NCBI GenBank assembly: GCA_976226885.1
Contig: OZ320319.1
Location: forward strand, 77,810,001-77,874,000
Direction of reading: 5' to 3'
Length of the DNA stretch: 64,000 nt
From: Iphione sp. A-MEVVRFRX5
Taxonomy: Eukaryota
Numbering within the stretch: position 1 is the stretch's first letter; each line of letters starts with the position of its first letter. Made by a program: the position numbers and the translations under genes. Shown here piece after piece: positions 12,615 through 27,900 of the stretch. The notes below the pieces were generated by a model, which was not told where the DNA came from, made no database searches, and worked only from the letters and a program-made list of their open reading frames with translations.

Positions 12615-15600
12615 GGTCCTCCAGCGTTCAGGGCAGGTTCCTGAAGTCTGGAGGGCAGTGCATTGTGACAAGCACCACAGACACACCCTCACCCGTATAG
12701 TTTCAAGCGGTAAGTCCCAGGTATATGTAATCCAGAGCAAAAACATTTCACAAATAAGAAAATGTCTTCAATATAACACATACAAGTCGATCACGAGGTG
12801 TTTTGAAGTCATTCTAAGAGATTTCGTCTTCAGTCAAAACAGGACGGTTTGGAAACCTCCGGAGTCATGGTGCAAGATACCACGGTAAATTCAATGTACG
12901 CGTCGGGGGGAAAAACTGACTATATGTCGATCGTTACCCGGAGAACTGACTGCCAATTAACTCCAGTCGGGACTGGTACAAAAAAAAACTGTGCTCAGAT
13001 GTTCTCGTCGTTCTGAAGACATTCTGACAAATGCAATGTAAATTGTGATAATTTCCGTTCTATTTTTACTTGTATGAAACCATAACAATAGAATCCTTTG
13101 TCTAATTTTTAGTCGAAGAACGCTCGTATGTGTACAGCTATGTACTTAAGGTTACATACAACTTAGCATGCAGTGTATGCCTAATGACACTCTAGCATGT
13201 CTTATATACGCTAATAAGTTATCGAAAAACCTGTTATATACATTTATACATCTATTTCGGTGACAAGGAAATTGAGCATCGTGACTTAACCACATGTATT
13301 TCATCCACTGAGATAAAAAAAAAAAGTTCAATACCACGTGTATAGAAGGGAAGCTGTCTAAAAACACTAATCGCCAAATGACTATGCAAAATCGATGGAG
13401 GTTGGGATCGTTATTAACGTGTAAAGGTCTGATCCATGGTGCTCCTAAACCCTACTAAGAATTTTAGTACAGAACGATATTCATAGACATGTACTAGTAT
13501 GTATGTATGGTGATATTTCCAACCAATCAAATCCCGTGAATCCTGCCCTTTAACAACAGCCGGCCTGACAATTACATTGCATTCCGATATACTGCTACAT
13601 GATAGATAATTATAGTCTCTGGCGTAAGACTTGGTCTGCATTTAATACATTACATGCAACTACAATTACGTCACTCGAAATTGACTATGCGTGTATATAG
13701 TTTCTATAGATTTCAGTGCAAAGTCAAGCAAACATGTTGTCCGCCCGTTTAAACTTCACATTTATTATTGAATGAAAGGAGCCAGGGAAGTCCGATTTAA
13801 TAGTAGCTGTCATTGAGATATACAGGCCGGGATGTCACTGTCAGCGTACATTTTTGTATATATACATTTCATATTAGAATAATATGTACATACGTCTTAT
13901 ACACGTATACGCATGTGAACCAGCAGAGAGCAAAAAGAAAACTGGTTCGGGGGTTGGGGTTGGAGGGGATGGGGTGGGGGGTTATAATAGAACTCATCGC
14001 TGGCAGGCGCACAAGCCCAAAGCCCTTATTGTCGGGGTAAGACTGCTCAGGTTCGGCCTAGCGCTTCCTTTGTACAACTGGGGGTTGCCTTTAAGTCAAT
14101 GCACGAAGCTCCTGCTTGAAAATGTATTTGTCCCACACCGCACAGTCCATTGTACATGTATGTGATGTATACCTGTGTGTTAAATGTCCGTATTACTGAA
14201 CGATCCGTTCATGTATATATATATATATCTTCACTTCAGTGGGAACATCCTATATGATCGATGCGAATAAAAAAAACCAATCATTTACCTCAGGTACAGG
14301 TGAGTTAAGTGTGATGAATTGTTCATTAGTGCACCTCTTCAGACACGGTTCAGTTATCAATTAATGAGGCATAACCATACGTGGCATATGAAGAAGAAAA
14401 GAAACCAGACAAATTAAAGAGTAGCCTTAGTGCAAACTCAGAGTTAAAGTTGACGATGAGCAGAATCTGTACCAATTTGTATGGACATTGTTTTTCAGGG
14501 ATTCATACAGGCAAAACACACTTCCATGTCAAACCGGTCCCCCTTCTGTGTTAAACTGTTACGATTTCAAGAGTTAAATACCGATGTACATGGGCATCTG
14601 TTCTGCTTACCCTACCTTACACATGGACAGGAAACATTGCCAATATATATACCTACTGGCGTTATGCCATGTATACAGTTATAGAAGTGTTCAGTTCTTA
14701 AATTCATTATTCAAGTAATATCCAACCAGTCATGTAACATGTACACGTATGTATCATTTGATGTTTTATAATGCTTTGGAGGGTGCCTTTGTGTGGGAAA
14801 GGCAACAGGCAGACAATGGGTGACACTAGACATTTTCCTCACGGTAGTCCCGGCATCAAAGGAGCCGTAATTTTGCTGACAGTGAAACAATTACACACGT
14901 ATAATGATAATAATGAAAAAGTTTTGTCAATTCCTACGTTGAGATAACTACCTGTACGTATAAATCACCATCCAAGCCTTTGGCACGACAAAATAATAAT
15001 GATCATTTTCATTGCATTTCATCCACATGCAAGCTGCAGTTGACAAAGGGTCGTTTAAATCCAAGCAAGACGGAATAATGGTGTTTCAAGCAGAATCTCT
15101 ACAATTTGGCAGTTCCATGGTGGAGACCCTCAGGATTTCAAGTCTAACGTCCCAACTTGCGTGGGTCTTCGACTAATACACTAAGCACCTGTAGCCCCTA
15201 TGCTTGAATGTGATTTCATGGATCAAATCGTGACCTTTATGCTCGATGGACTCTCCGGCATCTGGGAAACCTTGAAACCTCCGCGACGTGGAGGTGAACG
15301 TCGGAGAAACGTCCTTTTGTGTCGGTGGCTGCGTGTACAGACCGCGGTCACGGGTCATCGTTTCGTCTCCACAGCAAGATTCACCTCTCGTCAATTTGCT
15401 GACCTCAATTCACCGCCGAGTATTCGCAACTTGGCCATTTGCTAGCGTTAAGATTGGTTCACACATGTATACATACATACATGCATACATACGATACGTT
15501 CGCTTGACAAGAGGGTATTTTTTGTCCCAAACAATGAATGTTTTTCCCCCGGTTATGAGATCCATTTGTTACATTTATGAACAATTCCATTGGTTTAAAT

Positions 15601-18600
15601 CTGGTTTCCAAAATGACCTTTAACTGTTGGAAAAACGTTTGTTCGTTCCAACATCTATATATTCTTTTGTATATCGAGCCACACTTTATCAACAACACTT
15701 ATAGAAGTGATTTGCATGTTGAAAATACCTCAACCGAATCGACTTACGGACGATATTTGACAGCATCTCCTCTCTCCGGGGGGGGGGGGGTAACAAAGGC
15801 CAAAACAAGATTGATGGGCTAATTCCGAGGGGGTGGTGAAATTTAATATAACACCTTTCGGCATTCTTGCAGAATATAGAGGTCAATAGTTTCTTTCTGT
15901 ACACCTGAAATATAGAGGTCACACTGCGGACTAAAATATAAGCGGTCGATATTTACAGCTCAAAATATCCATGTGCATGATCACGGCAATGCCACGCTCA
16001 TTTCAGTCCCAAAGCCATTAAAAGCTTGCATGAAGAGAAATGGTTTCTGTATACTTTCTGCATAGCTGACTCTGAATATAACTATACGTTTAAACTCATA
16101 TTTAAATAAGCCTCTGAAGTCGTCACAGGGCAATGAACACGGTGATGTTAAATGTGCATTCGTACAGAAATACGGAGACCAGATACACGAATATTGTGGA
16201 ATGTCGTAATTGCCTTGATCACATGTCATTTGAAACCTAATTAATTTATAAACTCACACATAGAGGGTTATTTCTCAATTGACTGGGGAACTCGAATGAT
16301 TAAATGCACTAGATGCAAGTACTCTTTGTTACAGCTGGACAACATTTTATCGTTTGTATGAACATATATATGCAATGTCGTGGTGTAGTTCCACTTCTCT
16401 GGTTTTAACACATGGTGATTAACCATCTCGCCTTTGTGGCGTGTCATGCTACATTGGGTGCAGCAGTAGGACACTGTACATAGTCACTGACACGTCAAAA
16501 ACGCGACACTTAAAGCGTCGATAAGTTGATTCGAGAATTTTCATCGACCGCCGCCAGGTGACGTGACCCGGAAGGCTACGATCACGACTCCATTGAATTA
16601 TGCAAATCAGCACACGTGCTATTTTTTGCACATCATGAGCCTCATCACCAGTCATGGAAGCATGCGTGTTCCACGGTGCTGGGAGCCCGTTCCACCAGTT
16701 TTTTTTTGGAGGGGGGGCGGCGGTCGAACATTAAAACAAGAGCGTATCGATGAAGCACGGGATTACTATACTTGAAGGAGCTGAATTGGGGCGTGGAGGG
16801 TTGGGAAAGGGGGGGGGGGCGTCGGTAATACCAGGGAGGATCACCGAGAGAAACCGAAGCGAAAATAGGAGGCGGGAGGAGTGGGGGCGTAGATGGAGGG
16901 GATTTCGATTGGGAGATTCGTATGCACATCCATGTCGATCCAGCGCGCGCACCTGAATTATTTGTAATCGTCCATGTTGTCATAGTGACGGCATCACACA
17001 ACCCAGACCCCTTACCGAGTGGGCTGCGCTAACAGTACCACGCACCATCCCCCCTCCCCCCAGCCCCCCGCCCCCAGCGCCCCCCGCCGCCCCTGGCCAG
17101 CTAGATATCCCACGGATCCAGGCCTAAGAGGGATATTTAAGTATGAGTTATTAGTTTGGTGAAGGCTGGGGTCACGTTCTCTTGTATTCTTTACACAGGA
17201 AGAGCAGACCGGAAGTATGAAGGGCATCGTTGACACAAATAGTCTCCTGTGTGCATTGCCGCAATGATTAATATACAGCGAGGGGAATATGTTTGAAAAA
17301 CATTATTTTCAAATAGGCAACGTATTTACAATGGTTCCAGGACAGCTGCTGGTATCCTTCACTGTAAAAACTACCATTACCAAATGCACCCTAAACTTTA
17401 GTATACTAATATGCCATTTAATTGTCCTAACAGGAGGATCTTATGAAGCATAATTCTATGGATATTCTGACATCCACAAACTTTTATAGTTAAAAGGCAC
17501 CTGGTATAATATCGTTACACATTCTTAGAGGGGGTTCCAACCCTGACAGTGTAACTTTCTTGCAGACGCATGTGGAACCGGCCTAATTTGGTGCATATGG
17601 ACATAGGTATTAAGTCTGTGAATTCATGAGAGCAACAGGGACTTCAGGCAGTATATGTGAATCAGTAATAAAGATTAGTACTTATTGAGGAGTATTTCAT
17701 TATTATTGCGACTCGTGACTGTAAGGACCACCTGTAATCTTCACTGGCATATAGTATCGAATGCCTGCCCAACTTTTAACAAATGCTGTGCGCACATTAG
17801 GTTGCAGAGCTCCCGTTGTTTTGCTGAAATTTATGATTCAAAGATACAAAGAAAACAGTTCTGGCTGGCGGAATTTTTCTCCAAAACACGTGATCCCCTA
17901 TGAAAAGTGGTAAAAACTTAGGTAAAATTCAGTCCTGGAGGGAAATTTTTTCTTTTGTTTAGTCTGTGTGTTAAGGGAAGGCGGCTCATTTTTGATGCAA
18001 GGGGAAATACGGGGTGGGGGTTCCCTGTGAGAGCATTGGACCACTAGAAGCAAAAAATATATCCTATTTGAACTCACATATTTGCGGGATAATGGCTGTC
18101 TAGACCTCGTCAACCTGCCATACCTACAAACTTTAAATGAAGGAAATATAGCGATGGATATGCACACTAGAAAAACAATAAAATAGCATTTTGTCTGTCG
18201 ATGGCCAGATCCTAATTTAAACGCATTGTAATCACTGATTCGAGTATCAAAAGTATAGAACTTAGCATGTGGAAGATTTTTGTTGTTGTCTATATTGAGG
18301 AGAACAACCTTGCTTGTAAATACTATTTCCTCACCTGCACAATTGGTAAAACCTATAAATTGGCTTATTTCACCAGAAGGTAACACTTAACGCCTCTAGA
18401 TTGTAAGCTTAGCTATACAGATTGGAATGCAGTGCTTCTGTCTCAACATGTGATTTTTTACATTTGTTATATGCCCGTCCAACACCACAAGTAAATGGTC
18501 TTTGTGTCGAGGAAATGGTAGACGAACGGGTTATGTCTAAAGCGACTCCACATATTTTGGTGTAGGAATAATTTCGAAGATGTCAACGGGAAAATACAGC

Positions 18601-21600
18601 TGTGTTCAGGAGAAAGCTGCCAAACCGACACCGTCGTGAGAACAAACAATCGGACCAAATTATTAATAGCTGCACCTATCTATCGATGACAAATAGCTTT
18701 CTCCCTTGTTCTCGGCCAGGTGAGAATGATTGAATAAATATGTAATGTACTGATAGGTGCAGGCTACCGGCGCCCACACATTTAAGATACTCTTGCGCCT
18801 GGTGTTGGTACTAAGGTCTGGTAGCTCATTTTGAAGGTATTTGAACAAACCTACACACATTGAATGTAATGATGTGTTCTAAAACCACATGCTTGCCTAC
18901 ACGAACCCCAGGTAGGTACGCCCTGTGGGGGCCGAAATGTGGTCCCACCTTCATTAAGTCCAAGTTAACCTTCACTAGACCATGCTGACGAGTGTGTCGT
19001 CGTATGGATTCTGTCTGGATTTAGAAATATTCGATCTCCCTCTGCGAAGTAGCACTCTGTACTGTACCAGAGATTTCTGAGTGCGACTTTATCCACCATC
19101 TGGCCGCCTGGATTATTCATGATTCGCTTTCGGAGAAGGGTTAACTCCCCTCGATTGCTACTCCACGCCTGCAATAATATTGCCTCTGTTCGATACGTCT
19201 AATGCGTTTCGTCTTTCAATGCCTGTGTTTTTCTACGATTTATTTGTACGTCCATCTCGTTTTTTTCTCACTGTCTGCGGTAAAAATAAATGCAGCGGAA
19301 GTGCGGAGCTGTGTAGGCGAAAGAATTATTTAATGTAGGTCCGCTTACTGTTATAGTGACGTCTAGTGTAAATTCATTGTGTGGGGGAAAAGGTAGACAA
19401 ATATTGGAACAGGAGTTCATTCATGCAGATATGAACATCTGACAGATTTAAGTGACCTTATGGTGAAGTATTTATAACATGTTAGTATTTTTTCTGTGTC
19501 TGAAAAGATCGACAGAGACCGAGAGATTGGTGCGAGGGAAATGGTTTCAATACCAGTTATAACGTGATTGAGAGTCAGTCGCTTAATTGTCAGTACATGT
19601 ATATTGTGAATACCTGTGTTGGGAAGAATGGACACGGACCACAAGGCGACAACTGAAGAAGCCATTCTTTCTGTATATATAATGTTTTTTTTTCTGTACA
19701 CTTGACACGGGATGCCATGTCCGTGGGAACAATACAACAAAATAACTTGCACTTTCTATGATATTGAGAAAAACCTTCAAGCAAAATCTTGTAAAGTCCC
19801 TTGGGTGGTTCATATCACCTCTCAAATTCACAAGAGTCCACTCTTCACTTTAAAATCTGTCATAATGATTTTAATGAACCATCATATCAGTGGCCTCACC
19901 TGTCTGGTTGTCTGTCAGAGATTTCTTTGCTGTTTTTTTTATATAGATCTTCGCAGAGAACAACCAAATTAAGGGATTTTCGTTGCAGCGGACTGGTCTC
20001 AAAATATGAGAAAACGTACCGTATACTTGGATATCTTTAGCTGCATAAGAGCAAACTGTTTGATCTGTGGAACTCAGTTAAATACATTGCACACATAGCA
20101 AGTGCAGTGCAATACCCTGGTGCAATTACACAACCTGAGTATTGGATTTCCCCTGCCCATAATTACGTAAAGCAAACCTCTGCCCTATGTGTGGGTGCAA
20201 GCTGGATCCCAGAAAGAGGATTCTCCACATTCTTGCTTATAGAAGGTGTGACACTTGCTGGTAGGCCATGGTTTACACATGCTTTACATATGCATCGATT
20301 TGTGTGTGAAATTTGTATGTGATTCACCTTTCTCCAATCCTCCATGGAAAAGAACCATAATATCCACTTATGCATGTAGCGTGCATGTTTACATGGCTGT
20401 AATGCTGTCAAAAAGTCATGACCATGTTGCACTGCTTGCATGTGCATGTGAAGCATGTTTATCATGAAATGCCCCAGTAGAGTAGTGCAGTTTCGCTTCA
20501 AAAAAACATATGTACATGCACAGCCATGGCTTTCACGGTGTCATGACAGATCGGGAACTTTCCCCATCTGATAACACACTACAATGTGGACTATATGCTA
20601 CATGGTACAGACTACACACATACATAGAAACAGTCTGATTGATAACCATAGTTCCAAAGTCCCACCATGAAAATATGCAATCACAGCCACGAAAACACAC
20701 ACACACGGACATTCAGTTGTACAACCCCTGTGTTATGGAGGTATATAGGGAGTGGAGAATGCATCCCTTGTAGCCAATATCCTCCCCTGTAAGTGTACTG
20801 GCTGTGTTATGCATTATATTTTTGGTGGTATTTGTTTGGTGTCCAGGGGTACAGGGGATTGTCTTTGCCACAGTTTTGAACAAGATGGTCTCATCTGGCA
20901 CCATGTGGGGATTTCTGTTGCTGCAGCCACTATTGTAGGCAGTATAGCAACGAACAGGGTCAGGAGATGTTAAGGTACTGAGAGTTGTACAGCTCTCCAA
21001 TCCTGTGGAACAAGGTTTGTATCAAGTATCGTTGTGAGGTGTGCCTTGTGCTTTATTTCATTGACTGTAGATTTTCGTCTCTTTCCCCCCCCCATGTACT
21101 GAGACCACGTAGTGTCAAAAATGTACATTATGTATACTTAATTCCCAGGGAAAACTTTCAAGTGTAAACTATGTGTTCCAATATCGCGACTCATCAGGAG
21201 AAGACAACATAAACAGTTGCCAGACCCTGTATGGAAAGAATTCACGTGAAAAGAAGGAATGCATACTTTTCAGCATTGTATTTGAAGTCTTCAACACTTG
21301 CTACATTCCTGCTATCAACTTTATCCCGAAGGCAAGGACGTGACCCCTGCAATCCCTCTCCCAATGGGTGTGCATTCATTGGCACGAAGTCTCTGCTCGC
21401 CCCCCTCGGACATGAATGCTGAAGAGGTCACACTTCTCATCCTATCTTTAGCCATCTATCTGTTAAAGGGAGAGAGGCCTGCTATAAAGTATATTTGCAA
21501 ATACAGAGTCAGCCGACAGCGAACGGTTTCTGTCGCTGACAGATTATTGTAGGAACGTGGTCAGTTGCTAAAATTAGTAAAGTTTGGAGAACATGGCAAT

Positions 21601-21779
21601 AGTACACTGGGTTAAAGTTGTGCATATACCAATGCTCGATGACCATACACCCTTTGGTAAAGGTTGCAAGATATGTGTTTTTTTTGCTGACAGGTCGCAC
21701 ATGAGCCGACAAGAATTTGTATTTGTATAATTGTATAAGATACTAATAACATTCGGGTCAGTATTGTTCAAAAGAATCA

Positions 21780-21958
21780 ACACTTGAATCATTATTTGCG
21801 ACCACCCTTCTTTTCCAAGCTTAAGTGGTCATATTAGCCATTTTGGTCGAAAATTGATCCAAGTTCCTATAACAATTAGCATTACTGTACCAATGTCAAG
21901 TGGTCGCACTGGCAAGAATGGTCACAAATTGGAATGGTCGCAAACAGGGTTTCGACTG
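21780..21958. mobile_element. About 179-bp TA-flanked MITE (Tc1/mariner-pogo type), left end degraded
   Basis: Right end ...ggtcgcaaacagggtttcgactg|TA is the reverse complement of the cagtcaaaaccctatttgcaacc end at 39432. Internal gcgacc/ggtcgc motifs are present. Confidence 0.55.
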
Positions 21959-24900
21959 TATACTGAATGCGTGATGAAAATAAGATGGTAAAACGTTCTT
22001 TCGGTGAAAAGTTCATCACGTAGAATTGTCTGTTCGGTAGTTTTCAGCTGTTTGGAAACGACTACATGTATATAAATGCACATACCTTCCTGAAAGTACG
22101 GTTCCTAAAAGAATTTCAATTCATTCACACGTATGATGACCGTACAATTTCATTTCAGTCCCTTTACATACCTGCAACGAAATACCTAATTTGGCAAGAA
22201 CCCAGAATATAATAGACTATATCCTGTGGGATCGCCTAAAGAAGGTTAACATCAAATCTTTATAAATAGTTGAGCCGTGATATCTCCATAAGGAGGACGC
22301 GTTTTTCCTATGAAAGCCATGTCTTCTCCCGTCCCTAGATATTCCTAAAACTGTAATTAGATGCGGAGTATAGTGGTCCTAGACGTTTGTTTTATCCTGT
22401 ACATGAACGTAAATTATTTGTTTTTAAAATGGTGACCTATCTGCATAGGTTAACGTTGTTGTCTGTAGCGCTTTCTGATAGAAGTAACAGACCTGGAAGT
22501 ACACTTACACTGTATACCCTCTACCCTAAGGTATCATGCCAATAATGGTTTATACATTACAATCAGTTGTCGGTGGATATGATCAGAAGGACCGGACTCT
22601 GCTGGGAATACATGCATAGAAAAAACAAACACCTTTTTATTCTAAATTGCTATGAAATGAAAAACGACACCGAGCTTGCAGCACACGTGACCACAAAAGG
22701 AATCTTACTTCGGAAGATCAAAAGGTAGCAAAATAATTGAGTAAATTTACCTGACTACACAACACTTGTCATATTACTGCCTTTATCCCCCACCTGACGA
22801 GAAGAAGTGTTAATTTCAGTAAAAATGTACCTGGTTGGAATCTTTCCAAAATTAATGAAATCCTCATTCTATGACACAGTGCAGCAGTTTTTTGCTAAGT
22901 AGTTGGGGTCGTCGCTAAATTATAAATAATAAATGCCACGAAAGCCGTGCCGGCAGCTAGATGAGCAAACGAGTAGGTTGGTTGACTGACTAGTGCAGGG
23001 GTTTTACATTTTTGAATAGAGAACCATAAGTTTGATGAATACATCAAGCAATTGTATGTGGAATACAGTGGAGTCAGCATCAATAAAATGTTCAAAGCTG
23101 ATGTAATCTGACTTCGTTATTTTACACGTAGACAGGTTTCTGTCTTATGTTTCTACTTCGCCCCTTGTTATAATGAATCATTTAGTTAAAGAGTACATGT
23201 TTATGCTCTGTACTGATTACATGTAAGTTGATTTAAATACGATGATATATGTTGATGATGCTACTATCCAAATACCAGTGGTATTCATTTGACATGCATG
23301 CATCCTGCGTAAATTAACCATACAAGTGATCTTATTCCCCTTGACCAGATGGATCTATTTCTTTTATCAATCATGTAATGAATTATGCATTAAAACAACA
23401 ATAGACGCGATTTTTCCAACCAAAATATACCTCAAATAATAACCAGAAGGGAGCAGGTAGAGATCCATGATTCAAAAACTATGTTGTCACGAGAAGAGTC
23501 TAGAAGTTTTATCTTGTTCCCGAAATTCACCCAATCCAATAGCCACATGGACTGTTTATTTATTCTCATAAGTGTAGAGAACATTTATTTTGCTAGAATG
23601 GAATTACTAAAGATGATATGATGATCTATGAGGGAACTAAAGGTGTATTATATGAGATAACCTTGAAATGAGCTGGCACTTTGGTAGCACGACCCACATT
23701 ACAAGAGGCACAGGTATTTATTAGATGCTCGAACTTATGCCACTATTGGATGCAAGAATATGTGCACGGCAAAGGTATGCAGAGGCAGCCAGTGAATACG
23801 TTTAACAAATTTTGAATAATCGTATACGTATGAGAAAAATAATGCTTTTCCTCAACAAATACATGTACGATGCATTTCTATTATAAAATGTCAGTGTCTT
23901 AAACTGAAAAGGCACACGTATGCCACACATAAAGTTTTTTTTTATTTAAAAGGGTCCCTGTGATAGACAATCTGTACAATATACCGGTCGGCCAGGGAAA
24001 ACCGTGTCAGGTTAACCGAGTCGAAGACCACCTTCTTTCTCAGGCAGTATGTATAACGAGGCAATCTTATTGCCTCAACGCATAAGATTCATATTTACAT
24101 TTATATCTCATACTCCAGAAGTGACTAGGTTCTTTTTTTGCAGATCACTGCCAAATACAAAAGGTAAGTTCTGTTATAAATGTCTTAAATGTTGGCATGA
24201 AAAAAGTTGTCCACTTAGATACTTACCATGTCCTAGCAGGCAGGTACATGGAAGTCACACATAATGCAACATTACTGACCACAGGAGCAACTTGACATAT
24301 TACCATATATGGTCTGCATGACATGACTTTCAATGAAAAAGCCACTATACCCAACAGTGGACGTAGATTCCACCCTGTTCAACCTTACACCAAGTGAATT
24401 AGAGCAGATGGGTGACATATTGCACCCCCTCCAAACCACATACCATTACCTCGCTCACTCCCACCTGTAACCCACCCTCAATGAACCGCAATGTGAGCGA
24501 CACGGATTTGCAGAGAGGTTTTGATTATATAAACGTGCTGACTATTATAATCTTGCAGTAGTTTGACTGTGTGGGTACAACTTGGAAATCGAAATACAGT
24601 CCTCGTTCATCTCTGTGTAAAATGAAAAGAGAGGAAGAAATCATCGGTTTATTTTGATTCAACCAATATATTTTCTTTAAGCGAAGCCTTTGATGTGTCC
24701 TTCATTTAAAGCTAAGCATGTCATCGTGGTTTGGCACACAACTTTCGATTAGGTTACACTTGGATCCACCAGTTGCTAGGCGAAGACGTTGTCACGGACT
24801 GTACGTAATATCTTTTACACTTTTTTTCTCTTTTCTGCAGGCATCGCCATATCTTAAGTACATGTACAGATGCCAATAATAACTAACCAAATATGTATAT

Positions 24901-27900
24901 GTAACTCATATCTCGTCTAATTATATCCTTAACACGTCTGTGCGTACATGAATATATGTACATATGGTTCATAGTTGAGGAAGTCATAAAAATAAAAAAA
25001 AAGGTTATAAATACATGTACTGATTTACTATTCATTTCATATGCTTGAGAAATAACAATACAAATGACGATTCAAACACGTACGTTTATATAGTATGCAT
25101 TTCAATACATGTTCATTTGGCCACCCGCTGACTGAGCCCCAAACTAGGTCAACAGCCTTTTCATTCACACTCCGAGTCCCATCATTGCCAACGTTGTATA
25201 TAGTATTGTGTCTATATTACCATAGGTGAGGAAGTCCCTACGGCAGGGTAATTATCAGTTATATGGCATGGTAATATCGAGGGTGGTAGGTACACACCTA
25301 ATGAACTCGTCTAGCTGACTCTCATTTGTGGTTGTGATGAGAGGTTTTAGAGTGTAATAATCTATGCTAAAGGGTTTATTATCTCCCCATGTCAGTCTAC
25401 AATGATACAATCATGCTGCTCCTGATGGAGACATTCCTAATGGAATGTCTAATTATACGGGAGTAATTTTGTACAAACCAGCTATAACTGAGAGGTACAA
25501 ATATGGGCTTGGATATGTATTCTCTGTTATACGGACGGAATCGCCCGGGACATATATGTAATCCATATAAGAGGCCATACCTAGCAGTGGACCAGATGGC
25601 AATATAAGAACACAGATATGCTGCATGGAGTTCAAATATACGTATGTATCTGTGTTGCATGGCTATGCTACATCAAAGGGTTTTTTTTCAATGTATCAAG
25701 ATGAATTATATAGGTTGTACAAAAGTAAATCAAGCACAAAAAACTAATAGGGCGGGGATAACCACCAATGCCTCAGACATCCTGTTCAAAACTGGAAAAA
25801 GAATTTCAATCTTACCTGAAAGAAGGCTCAGTTTGGCAAAATATTACTCTTTCTGACGCAGCCTGGTTCTCCGCTTCAAAAAGAACTCAAGGATATAAAC
25901 AAGACGGGGAAGTACACATTGAAGATTCCCTTGACTGGCTGAAACTTAGTCAGACAGGAAAAGAGCTCTAATCACGTTTATAAGTGCATTATATTAAGTG
26001 AAAGACACTCCCAACTCTAATCGATTATTAATGGTTTTGCTGTACTCTTCTGACGCGATATTCTGGAGACTTTTCTTGGGGTTTATCAAGTGTATCAGAC
26101 TGTGACCTTAGTTTCTTTTGAAATGGCAATTAAGTATTGTGGCATTTCGAGGGGGGTGGGATCTTAAGTGGGCACTTCCATGCATTAGTTTGGCTCCCTG
26201 TCACCCCGCAAACAAATATAAGTTATTGGCCTCGACATCAGAATAGGAACTCCTTCTTGGTTTTGGTATGGTGGAATAGATATTTTTTCCCAAAGGAGGG
26301 ACCACACTGACTCCTGTAGCATTGAGATAAACTTTCTAATTAATGAGAGAAGCTTGCCAGGTCTACAATCTTCCTACACACTAATCACTGTGACGCGATA
26401 CACATTTTATACAAGGCGAATATGAGCTGAATTCTTTTGGCGAAAATCTTATCATATTTATCGGGAATGCAATGGAATGTTCACCTAGAATCGGCCATAA
26501 TAGGCTATGCCCGAGAGACAAATACACTTTTAAAAGAAAACTTCCACGGTTAATGGAATGATGATTGCATTAATCCGTATATAAAGAGGAAAAATTATAT
26601 TAAAATATCCAGGGTTATGGTTTGCACAAATCTAGGTGTCGTTTCTAAAAGAAAGGTTGATTTGCATTAAATATTTAGTCTCAATCAGGTTTTGCAGTCG
26701 TTTCTATTGCCTATTTCCTGTCGCAATAATAACACTAACCATCTTTAAAAGTGTTCCATTGTGTAAGTGTATTCCATACCATTCATAACATCCAAAAAGA
26801 ACTGTTGCATTTACCTTCTTCTTAATCGGGAGGAATGTAGACTGAATATCACAGTTGTCTGAATATTGTCTACTGGGGCATATATGTAAACCAAGTCTCT
26901 CAAGTTGCCGCACATACACAGCTTGTATAAACTGTCATAAAAAAAGATTCCGCCGTAATTCTAAAACTTTTTTCCAACCCACATAATGTAAACGCCCCAC
27001 ACCCTAAGCTCCATATGTCGCGTTATGAAACGTAAAAACGAAAGAAAAACCGGACAAAGACACTGTCCAATCCTCTTCCTTTATCGTTCATGGGTTTTAA
27101 TGGTCTAATCCGTCCCTCCAAGGTCACCGCTTCTTCCTGTACCGCGCAGCCTTATATGTTTTTAACCTGCCCGTCTTTTTTTTCTTCTTTATCGGTCGGC
27201 ACACACACACATATTCCACAGGCTTCCCTCAATGCCAAGGAAGAAACTCGTTTTGTGGGTCCGTCGAGACAAGAACTTGTGTCTGATCGTGTTTGTACAG
27301 TCTGCCCCACTTAGCCCAGCATAACCAGGTATGTATGGAAAGGAAAAGATACGGAGGGTTAGAGACAGAAGATATATATATTTATGTGAGGGGAAAAATC
27401 ACGCATTACAAAACAGGCAACCTTTGATTGATGTCTCGGCATATTTTAATCGAAACCTGGTCGTCTACCCTTGACGAATACATATGTGTCATTGAGCGAT
27501 TCAAGTGGTCTATTGTCTTCATCTATTTTTCTTTTCGACCGGGGACATATATATGCGCTAGTGTCACGCGCAGTTCCTCTCATAAGCTAGTAAGGTGGGC
27601 TGCATATGAGGAAACGGCGGCGGTAAGAATTGAGTTACAAATAGCATAGGTAGTACACGCGTATAATTATATAATGACTTGCAAATAATTTCACTACTTA
27701 ACACGCTTAGTATATCATTGGATTAGATCCCTTTCGGCCTTTGACCGCTCTCGGAAGCCCCTATTTCCTCCCAATTCGAGCATTTTGCACACTACTAGAG
27801 CACGCACTGTTAAATACACTGACTCGGTAGTCAAGTCACAGGATTTACTGAAACAGCAAGGAACATGCATATATATTTGCACTGGCACCTTTGTAGAAGG

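Noticed and set aside
17898-19174. Several 60-160 aa minus-strand ORFs
   Set aside because: No motifs and no consistent splice-phase chain.
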